DNA of 16,173 nt, taken from assembly GCA_044226625.1 (NCBI GenBank), contig JBGAGQ010000099.1, positions 1 to 16,173 of the forward strand, written 5' to 3'. The position numbers and the translations under genes were made by a program. The DNA comes from Thermoanaerobaculia bacterium (GTDB lineage: Bacteria; Acidobacteriota; Thermoanaerobaculia; Multivoradales; UBA5704). A model generated the notes under the pieces. The model saw only the letters and a program-made list of their open reading frames with translations. It made no database searches and had not been told where the DNA came from. Position 1 is the stretch's first letter, and each line of letters opens with the position of its first letter. This document shows positions 9,254 to 16,173 of this stretch, in pieces.

Positions 9254-11758
9254 CTATTGGAAGTAGCCGTTGACGTCCAGGATCATCTGCACCGTCGCGC
9301 CGGCCGCAAGGTCGGCGTGTACGGTCAGGTTGCCGCTCGCGTCGAGACCCAGGATCGCGTTGTTGGTGCGCGTCTGGCCCGCCGAGAAGTTGATCGCCGT
9401 GGTTCCCGGGAGAGGGATTCCGGTCGGCAGCAGACGGAGCGCCCCGGCGCCGGTGGGAAGCGTCACGGAGAGGTTCAGCGCCACCGCTTTCGCTCCGGCC
9501 GGAATGCCGCAGCGTCCCGCCATCAGGAAGGTCCGATCGCCGGAAGCGAGCGCGGGGCCGCCGTAGGCGCCGTTGGGATTGCGCGTGTCGATCACCCGGC
9601 AGGGCGATAGGGCGTAAAAGCCGGGCGCCGGAGCTCCTCCCGCGAGGCGGAGGACGGCGAGCGTCGCCGAGCGGGCTGGAAGGTCGAGCGATAGCGCGCC
9701 GCCCGTCGGAGTCGCGGTGCCGAGCAGCCCCAGCCGCCGCATACCGTCGAAGCGGTAGAGCGAAGCGGCTCCCGTGTAAGTTCCCGCGGCGAGCGCCGTG
9801 TCGACGTGCCGGATCACCGTGTCCTTGTTGAACAGGAGCAGGAACAGTTTGCCGTCGGCCGAGCGGATCGCGTAAGACCCCACGCCGTCGATCTCCGACG
9901 AGACGGCGCGGACGCTGTCTCCGGTCACCTTCGAGCCCGCGCCGTCGTAGTCCAGGTAGAGCTTGAAGGCGTCCTCGACGCGCGACCCTTCCGCGGGCGC
10001 CACCCAGCGGGCGGCCACGTCCACCCCTTCCCGGCCGAAGATCGCGAGCACCTCGGCATGGGCGAGCGCGCTCGACAGGCCCGTGTCGTTGCCCCAGTTC
10101 CATTCCGTGATCGCGAGCTTGGTGCCGGGCAGACGGGACGCGATCCACGCCTTCATGCGCGGGATCAGCTGGACCGGCTGGCCGATCCAGCTCTCGTCGG
10201 AATAGGTCGGATCGTAAAGGCCGCGGAGCGAGCGCAGCCGCAGCGCGGACGTGCCCGCCGATTCGTCGTCCGAGAGCGCAACGTTCGAGCCTTGCGGGTA
10301 GTAGTGGACGTCGAGCTGATCGAGCAGCCGCACGCCGGTCTGGGTTCGGTAGTCGGCGATCTGTTTCAAGTACCAGTCGGTGAGCGCGAGCCCGCCGTGC
10401 GCCTGCATGTCCGCGCCGGGCGAGCACCCGTCGGCCGCCGAGTAGAAGTACTCGCACCAACCCCAGGACACCGGGCCCATCACCTGCGCGTTCGGGTCCT
10501 GCGCCTTGATCGCGGCGGCCATGTCGCGCGTCTTCTGCCACAGCTCGTCGTAGGTGAGCGGATTGGGGTGGACGTCGCGATGGGTCGAGTCCCAGAGCGC
10601 CGGCTCGTTGTCGAGCGCGAACAGACGGATTCCTCCCTGCGCCGCGGTGCCGTAGCGCGCGGCGAGGTGGGCCATCCAGGAGGTCACGAACGACGGTCCG
10701 ATCGGCCGCGAGGTGTCGAGCGGATCGTTGCCTGTGATGTTCGTTCCATTCGTCCGGACGCCGTTGCCCGCGTCCGCGTTGCACCCCTGGAACGGATTGA
10801 TCGTGCACTCGTTCTGCTGCTGCGCGCCGTACTTCGCGACCGAAAACGCCCAGCGGACCGCGCGATCTTTCGGCGTCCAGCCGATCGTCGGCACGGTGAG
10901 GATCGGCTCGCCGCCGGCGGCGCGGGTGACGTCCAAGAAGTGATCCACGGCCGAGCCGTTCGGCAACGCCCCAGGGTTCGCGTTGGGCTCCGGGATGTTC
11001 ATGAACAGATAGTCGAACGCGCGGTTCGACGTGTCGTCCTGCCAGGAGTACCGGGTCGTCGAGTTGCCGCCCCAGCGCCGGATCGGCCAATGCCGCCGGC
11101 CGGCCTGGCCATCGTCGCCGAAGGAGACGCCGTAGATCTGCTGCGAAACCGGATGGCGGTCGGCGTCGACGTCGATCGAGACGGTGATCGCCGCGGGCGG
11201 CGGCAGCGGCGTCGTCCGCTCCGCGAGGCGCACGTCGTCCATGTAGATCACGGCCTGATTGCCCCCGGTCGAATCCTGGAGCCAGAAGCCGTCCGGGCTT
11301 CCCGAGGTGACCCCGAGCGAGGCGAACGGCACGCGCACGAAGGTCCAAGCCGCAGGAAGCATCCCGCCGGGCAAGAACTCCGCGAGCGGATGCGCGGCGC
11401 CGAGCGGCGTTCCCCCTTGGATCACCGCGACCGTCATCTGCTGCCCGCCGGTGCCGCTCCCTCGCAGCCAGAATTCGACCGCCTCGTAATTTGCCAGCTC
11501 GAGCCCGAGATCGCGATGGAAGAACAGTCCCGTCCACCCGTCCGGCTCGAACGAGATCGCGGCCGTCCCGCCATGGACCGGAGAGGTCGAAGCGAAGCTC
11601 CGCACACCCCAGCTCCAATCGGCGAAGCCGTTTCGCAGCGCGTCGTCGTAGACCGTCAGGGGAACCGCCGAAGCGGCGATCGAACCGCCGAGAAGCTCGG
11701 CGAGAGACAAACCGAGGGCGAGAACCGGGAGAAGCGCCGGACGAAGCGTTATGCGCAT
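9254..11758 (-). CDS. Secreted modular glycoside hydrolase family 44 (endoglucanase/xyloglucanase): N-terminal CBM-like domain, GH44 catalytic domain, C-terminal ~120-aa beta domain
   Basis: Signal peptide; VYDDALRNGFADWSW...DDVRL CBM-like module; Pro linker; RWGGNSTTRYSW, ALDNEP (acid/base), THRDVHP, GPVSWGW, DVHYYPQG, RLRSLRGLYDPTY and AITEW (nucleophile). Confidence 0.9.
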   Translation of the reverse strand: MRITLRPALLPVLALGLSLAELLGGSIAASAVPLTVYDDALRNGFADWSWGVRSFASTSPVHGGTAAISFEPDGWTGLFFHRDLGLELANYEAVEFWLRGSGTGGQQMTVAVIQGGTPLGAAHPLAEFLPGGMLPAAWTFVRVPFASLGVTSGSPDGFWLQDSTGGNQAVIYMDDVRLAERTTPLPPPAAITVSIDVDADRHPVSQQIYGVSFGDDGQAGRRHWPIRRWGGNSTTRYSWQDDTSNRAFDYLFMNIPEPNANPGALPNGSAVDHFLDVTRAAGGEPILTVPTIGWTPKDRAVRWAFSVAKYGAQQQNECTINPFQGCNADAGNGVRTNGTNITGNDPLDTSRPIGPSFVTSWMAHLAARYGTAAQGGIRLFALDNEPALWDSTHRDVHPNPLTYDELWQKTRDMAAAIKAQDPNAQVMGPVSWGWCEYFYSAADGCSPGADMQAHGGLALTDWYLKQIADYRTQTGVRLLDQLDVHYYPQGSNVALSDDESAGTSALRLRSLRGLYDPTYSDESWIGQPVQLIPRMKAWIASRLPGTKLAITEWNWGNDTGLSSALAHAEVLAIFGREGVDVAARWVAPAEGSRVEDAFKLYLDYDGAGSKVTGDSVRAVSSEIDGVGSYAIRSADGKLFLLLFNKDTVIRHVDTALAAGTYTGAASLYRFDGMRRLGLLGTATPTGGALSLDLPARSATLAVLRLAGGAPAPGFYALSPCRVIDTRNPNGAYGGPALASGDRTFLMAGRCGIPAGAKAVALNLSVTLPTGAGALRLLPTGIPLPGTTAINFSAGQTRTNNAILGLDASGNLTVHADLAAGATVQMILDVNGYFQ

Positions 11759-11767
11759 TTGGTGATG

Positions 11768-11776
11768 AGTTTAGCA
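11768..11776 (-). promoter_or_regulatory. Extended -10 element upstream of the GH44 gene
   Basis: Minus-strand TGcTAAACT ends 9 nt before the ATG at 11758; no Shine-Dalgarno. Confidence 0.5.
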
Positions 11777-11966
11777 GAAGAGCCGCGGAGCGCCGGGGAG
11801 GGCGTCAAGAAAGCGCCTCGATTTCAACCTTTGCGATTCGAAAGCTGTCCCGATTGATCTCTTCGTTGCACTAACAAGATTGAAACGCCACGATCGATCG
11901 CGGACTCACAGCGGACATACCGTCCAAAATCCTCGACCGCGCATGGAATATGCGCATGGGGGTCTC

Positions 11967-12287
11967 ATGTCCAAGCGATTGTTGGCCGTTTCGGCCGTCG
12001 TCATCCTCGCGCTCTGTGCGGTTCCCACGTTCGCTCAAGTGGCCGTGGCCGCATCGGATGCCTGCCTCTGCACCTGCAAGTCCGCCCACCATAGCCCCGT
12101 CGAGCAGTATTACGAGCTCGACGCAAATGGTGCCTGCAATATCAACAACTCACCCTGTGTGAACCAAGGGGAACGGGGCACGCTCTCCAACTGCGTCAAG
12201 GCCCCTAAGCCGCTCAAGGCGGAAGCGGATCTCGCGGCAATGAGCACCGAAGAATTCGTCGCCTATCTGAACGCGAACTTGAAGTAG
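11967..12287 (+). CDS. Small secreted cysteine-rich protein, paralog 1 (106 aa), unknown function
   Basis: Sec signal peptide MSKRLLAVSAVVILALCAVPTFA; six mature Cys; G-rich RBS before ATG 11967; clear homology to the next ORF supports real coding. Confidence 0.85.
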   Translation: MSKRLLAVSAVVILALCAVPTFAQVAVAASDACLCTCKSAHHSPVEQYYELDANGACNINNSPCVNQGERGTLSNCVKAPKPLKAEADLAAMSTEEFVAYLNANLK

Positions 12288-12357
12288 GGCGAGCGTTCGA
12301 ACGTCCACCCAGCGCCGCGATCCATCCTTAAACGACAACCCTGCTCAAGGAGGGCTC

Positions 12358-12684
12358 ATGTCGAACCGCCTTTGGATTCTCGCCATCCTCTTCGTCTTGG
12401 CGATCAGCGCCGCTCCCGCCTTCGCGCAAGATCCCATTGCGCTCGCCGCGTCGGACGCATGCCTGTGTACCTGCAAGACAGCCAACCACGGCTCGGGCGA
12501 GCAGTATTACGAGCTCGATGCCAACGGTGCCTGCAATATAAACGGTGGTGCCTGCGTTCACGGCGGCCAGCGGGGAGTCCTCTCCAACTGCGTGAAGGCT
12601 CCGAAGCCGCTCGACAAGGCGAGCCTCGCTGCGGTGAGCACGGAGGAGTTCCTGGCCTATCTCAACGAGAAGTTCCCTCAGTAG
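12358..12684 (+). CDS. Small secreted cysteine-rich protein, paralog 2 (108 aa), unknown function
   Basis: AAGGAGG RBS; signal peptide ending in AFA-Q; same six-Cys spacing; 44/56 identical residues to paralog 1 over AASD...KPL (hand count). Confidence 0.88.
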   Translation: MSNRLWILAILFVLAISAAPAFAQDPIALAASDACLCTCKTANHGSGEQYYELDANGACNINGGACVHGGQRGVLSNCVKAPKPLDKASLAAVSTEEFLAYLNEKFPQ

Positions 12685-12700
12685 AGATCGGGCCCACCCA

Positions 12701-12733
12701 TTCCGCACGAGCGGCGTCGCCGCTCGCGCGGAA
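12701..12733 (+). terminator. Strong stem-loop after the Cys-rich pair (terminator or 3' stabilising hairpin)
   Basis: TTCCGC-a-CGAGCGGC-gtc-GCCGCTCG-c-GCGGAA: 14 base pairs with one mismatch, followed by only a weak U-tract (atccatttctc). Confidence 0.55.
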
Positions 12734-12768
12734 ATCCATTTCTCATCGCCTCTGAGGTGGCTCCCCTC

Positions 12769-12774
12769 TACAAT
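12769..12774 (+). promoter_or_regulatory. -10 element for a leaderless methyltransferase transcript
   Basis: TACAAT, then 6 nt, then ATG at 12781; no Shine-Dalgarno. Confidence 0.55.
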
Positions 12775-12780
12775 GCGCGG

Positions 12781-13392
12781 ATGCTCGACCTCTCCTCCCT
12801 CCTCGGCCCGATCGACATTTATCTGGTGGACCAGATCCTCCGCGGCCGAATCGTCTTCGGCCAGAGGATCTTCGACGCGGGGTGCGGCGGCGGCCGGAAT
12901 CTCGTCTATTTTCTACGCTCGGGATTCGAGGTCTTCGGAGCCGATGCCGAGCCCGAGGCGATCCGCGCGGTCCAAGCGCTCGCTGCGGAGCTTGCGCCGG
13001 ACGTTCCGGCCGAAAACTTCCGAGCCGAGGCGATCGAACGGACCTCGTTTCCTGACGGACTGGCCGACGTCGTAATCAGCAGCGCGGTCCTCCACTTCGC
13101 CCGCGACGAGGCGCACTTCCGTTCCATGCTCACGGGCTCGTGGCGCCACCTCGCCTCAGGCGGCCTGTTCTTCTGCCGGCTGGCTTCGAACATCGGCATG
13201 GAGTCCCGTTTCACGCCGCTCGGCGGCCGGCGCTTTCGGCTCCTCGACGGCTCGGACCGCTTTCTGGTCGATCAGGAGTTCCTGCTCGGCCTCACCGAAG
13301 AGCTCGGCGGCGATTTGCTCGATCCGATCAAGACGACGGTGGTTCAGGATCGGCGGTGCATGACGACCTGGGTCGTGCGGCGGAAGCGATAG
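12781..13392 (+). CDS. Class I SAM-dependent methyltransferase
   Basis: Motif I IFDAGCGGGRN, GAD, ADVVISSAVLHF and LASGGLFF. ATG 12781 preferred over GTG 12757. Confidence 0.9.
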   Translation: MLDLSSLLGPIDIYLVDQILRGRIVFGQRIFDAGCGGGRNLVYFLRSGFEVFGADAEPEAIRAVQALAAELAPDVPAENFRAEAIERTSFPDGLADVVISSAVLHFARDEAHFRSMLTGSWRHLASGGLFFCRLASNIGMESRFTPLGGRRFRLLDGSDRFLVDQEFLLGLTEELGGDLLDPIKTTVVQDRRCMTTWVVRRKR

Positions 13393-13413
13393 GACAATGC
13401 GGCTCGCGGCCGG

Positions 13414-14637
13414 CTACGGGAAGACGTGGTCGACCGAACAAGCCGAGGCGTACTGCATCGCCGGGAAACCGATACTGATCGTCGTTCCGGCGCGCTGGAC
13501 CACCTGGACCCAAGCCTGCGCGGCGTCCGGATCTTCGGGCGGCACAGCACCCGCGGTCGCCGTGGACTTGTTGAGGTTTAAATAGAAGAAGCCGAACGGA
13601 TAGGGGCTCGGCAGCGCGGTGCCGCCGGCTTTCACCCTCTGCGCGACGACCGGGAACGCCTTACGCCGGACCAGGCGATGTTGGCCGGTTTCGTCTCCGA
13701 CCTCGATCCGCTCCTGGTCGAGCGGGTACCAGGAAGGCCGTCCGACCGCGAGCGGGCAGGTGAACGGTGCGACCTTTCCCTTCGGATCACGCCAGACGAT
13801 CAGATCCGACGTGGAGGGCGTGCTGCCGATCGAGCCGTTCAGATAGCGCACGGCGAACTTCGAAGGGAGCGGCTCGCGGTTGTCGGCCGCCGACCACCCC
13901 ACGAACGCGCCATAGAACGTGTACTGGCCGGGAACCGAGGTCTCGGGGTCCGTCGCGTTCGCTTCGATCGCGACGAGCGGTGATCCTTCCGCCCGGGCCA
14001 AGGTCTGTTCGACGTAGGAGAAATCACCCCAAAGCACATTCTGGTTCGTCGCGTCGCCGGTCCCGCCTGGGCCGAAGAATCCCGGGTCGCCCTGATAGCG
14101 CAAGGTGCACTGACTCATCGTGTCGACGGTCAGATAGCCGCGAGCGATGCTGCCGCTCGGCCGGCCCGCGCAGAGGCCACTGTAAGCCGAAACATGGCCG
14201 CCCGTGAGAGCCTGCCGGATCAAGGTTTTCGTCGCCGCGGACAACGGCGCTGGAGGCAGTACGCCGCTACAACTCGGGAACGTTCCCGCGGGGGGCGACG
14301 TTCTGGGCAGCACGCCGAGGGCGATCACGTCGTAAAGGTTGATCGTCTGAACGTCCAGACCCTTGAGATAGAGCATGAAGCCAAAAATCGGCACGCCCAG
14401 GTCGCTCCAGATCTCGGCTTTCGCCAGCACCGCCTGGGTCGAGGCGTTGTTGATCGAGAGGAGGGTCGTGATACCCACCGGCGGCGGGCCGGCGAGATTC
14501 ACTTCGAAATAGGGGAGGAGAAGGGTTGCGGCCGGAGTGGTGTCGATCGAGCAGACCGAGGCCTGAAGCGCCGCGGTTGGCGACACGAGCCCGGCGAAAA
14601 GCAGCAGGAGAACAGTACGAGAGGCGAAGCGGTTCAT
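13414..14637 (-). CDS. Secreted hypothetical protein (407 aa, six Cys, PAATLLLPYFEV motif)
   Basis: GGAAGGAGG RBS before ATG 14637; signal peptide MNRFASRTVLLLLFAGLVSPTAA; beta-rich, protein-like composition; no catalytic family recognised. Confidence 0.82.
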   Translation of the reverse strand: MNRFASRTVLLLLFAGLVSPTAALQASVCSIDTTPAATLLLPYFEVNLAGPPPVGITTLLSINNASTQAVLAKAEIWSDLGVPIFGFMLYLKGLDVQTINLYDVIALGVLPRTSPPAGTFPSCSGVLPPAPLSAATKTLIRQALTGGHVSAYSGLCAGRPSGSIARGYLTVDTMSQCTLRYQGDPGFFGPGGTGDATNQNVLWGDFSYVEQTLARAEGSPLVAIEANATDPETSVPGQYTFYGAFVGWSAADNREPLPSKFAVRYLNGSIGSTPSTSDLIVWRDPKGKVAPFTCPLAVGRPSWYPLDQERIEVGDETGQHRLVRRKAFPVVAQRVKAGGTALPSPYPFGFFYLNLNKSTATAGAVPPEDPDAAQAWVQVVQRAGTTISIGFPAMQYASACSVDHVFP

Positions 14638-14830
14638 AGGAACCTCCTTCCGGGTCGCCCGTCGATCCAGCCGATCCCGCACCGTCCGCCGGAACCCGCT
14701 GGACCCGGCCCCCTCACCTTCCCGCTTCCCATGCCAAGCGCTGCCACCCGGCTGGGCGGGCTTTCGATAGCCTTCGGGTAGTTATTTAACGCGGCGATCT
14801 CGTGCTGTCGCCTTTGACGAGAAAAGGTCC

Positions 14831-16173
14831 TCAGGATCTCGCGCTGCCGGTCCCTGACATCGTCAGCTCGGCGATCGCGCCTTGCTCCGGCGAGCCCGCG
14901 ACGCGATTTTCGACCCGGATCGACCCGCCGTGGGAGCGGGCCACCTCGCGGACGAAGTTGAGGCCCAGGCCGGTACTCTTCTTGCCCGTGTCCGGGCGGG
15001 CGAGCGAATAGAAACGATCGAAGATCCGGTCGAGAGCGAAATCGGGGATTCCGGGTCCCTGGTCGGCGATCGCGATCCGAACCGTCCCCCCGTCGGCGCG
15101 GGCGTCGACCGTGATCGCTCCCCCTTCCGGGCTCCACTCGATCGCGTTCTGGAGCAGGTTGTCGACCGCCTGATGCAGGAGGAAAGAATTGCCCGTGACC
15201 GCCAATCCGTCGGCCGCGCCGATCTCGAGCTTCAAACCGCGCCGGGCGATCTGGGAGGCGTGACTCTCGACGACGGTGCGCAGCAAGGCGTTCAAATCGA
15301 CCGGCTCCATTTCCGGCTCGTCGCGCCGGTTCTCGAGCTTCGCGAGATCGAGCATGCGGTCGACGATCCGCGCGATCCGCTCCGACTCGGAGCGGACATT
15401 GGCGACGAAGCGCTCGCGCGCAGCAAGGCGTTCAAATCGACCGGCTCCATTTCCGGCTCGTCGCGCCGGTTCTCGAGCTTCGCGAGATCGAGCATGCGGT
15501 CGACGATCCGCGCGATCCGCTCCGACTCGGAGCGGACATTGGCGACGAAGCGCTCGCGCTGGGCCGGCGGCATGGTCTCATCCTCGAGCAGCTCAGCCGC
15601 GCCCCGGATCGCCGAAAGCGGACTTTTGAGCTCGTGGGTGAGCGTCGTCGCGTACTCCTCGGCGTAGCGCCGCCCTTCGAGCGTCTCCTGCATCCGCCGC
15701 AAAGCCTGCCCCAGGTCGGCGATCTCGGAGCGGCCGAGGCGCGGGAACGGCGGGTGCTTTCCTTGGTGGATCCCTTCGGCGTAGCGCGCGAGGCGCCGGA
15801 TCGGCCCAGTGATCCCCCAAGAGACCGCGAGGCTCAGAAGCGCCACGACGAGCAGGGTGAGCAGCCCCGCGCGGACGAAAGCCGGGCGAGCGAGATGGAG
15901 GAACGCTTCGATGCTAACGGTCGGCTCCGCCACGGTGAGCACCCCCGCGACCTTGCCGTCGCGATGGATCGGCGCGCCGATGTAGAGCACGGTCGAGAAC
16001 GGATCGGCCGGGTCGCGGCGCGAGGTGCGGACTCCGTATTGCCCCGCGAGGGTCAGCGAGACGTCGCGCACTTTGCTGTAGTCCTCCCCCACGGCGCTCG
16101 GCCGGCGCGTGTCGAGCAGGACGCGGCCGGTGACGTCGGTCAGGTAGAGATCGAGATCGACCGCGCGCTTCTC
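14831..16173 (-). CDS. creC: CreC-like two-component sensor histidine kinase, 5'-truncated, frameshifted by a 140-bp duplication
   Basis: Frame is open to the window end (EKRAVDLDLYLTDVTGRVLLD...GEDYSKVRDVSLTLAGQYGVRTSR...VLYIGAPI), resembling the E. coli CreC periplasmic domain. TM, HAMP, H-box THELKSPL, N-box NLLQNA, DQGPGIP, FDRFYSLARP and STGLGL are present, split over ORFs 15292-16092 and 14831-15355. Confidence 0.88.
15278..15559 (+). repeat. Exact 140-bp tandem duplication inside creC (15278-15417 / 15418-15557, 2-nt junction overlap)
   Basis: gcgcagcaaggcgttcaaatcg...gacgaagcgctcgc is repeated with period 140, which is not a multiple of 3. Confidence 0.97.

Noticed and set aside
9171-11857. 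Very long alternative ORFs (9171-11618 minus, 815 aa; 9806-11857 plus, 683 aa)
   Set aside because: Shadow frames of the GH44 gene caused by high GC and stop-codon scarcity; Arg/Gly/Ala-rich with no motifs.
12294-12303. 10-bp palindrome CGTTCGAACG between the two miniprotein genes
   Set aside because: Short, single occurrence and plausible by chance.
11967-13392. RiPP cluster made of two precursors plus a tailoring methyltransferase
   Set aside because: A strong hairpin (12701-12733) and a separate TACAAT promoter divide the methyltransferase from the peptides. The peptides have Sec signals, and there is no RRE, radical SAM, YcaO, lanthipeptide enzyme or peptidase-transporter in the window. 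Not excluded, but unsupported.
14729-14746. Sigma54 promoter suggested by two TGGCA motifs on the minus strand
   Set aside because: Neither has TTGC at the required -12 spacing.
15292-15420. Programmed frameshift or genuine split creC genes
   Set aside because: The frame change is fully explained by the 140-bp duplication, and no slippery sequence is present.

Overview
GC-rich bacterial window, probably Acidobacteriota (Thermoanaerobaculia-like); this taxonomic call is an inference from the protein families, not a search result. In order, it carries: the 3' end of a LuxE/PaaK-type acyl-protein synthetase, a PLP-dependent serine/threonine dehydratase, an AAA+/DUF4143 ATPase-nuclease, VOC, DUF420 and DUF1287 genes, a BrnT/BrnA-type toxin-antitoxin pair coupled to an M61 aminopeptidase, a membrane Ser/Thr kinase with TPRs, a modular secreted GH44 endoglucanase, two tandem paralogous small secreted 6-Cys proteins, a SAM methyltransferase, a 407-aa secreted hypothetical protein and the 3' part of a CreC-like sensor kinase. 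The best novelty candidate is the pair of Cys-rich miniproteins (CxCxC-x19-C-x6-C-x11-C scaffold, variable loops, conserved C-terminal LAAxSTEEFxAYLN helix). Also notable: a near-consensus sigma70 promoter with a 21-bp palindromic operator driving an apparently leaderless AAA/DUF4143 gene, several other leaderless-looking genes, an unannotated gene remnant at 9082-9231, and two exact tandem duplications (108 bp in frame; 140 bp frameshifting creC) that may be assembly artefacts. I saw no rRNA, tRNA, CRISPR array or transposase.
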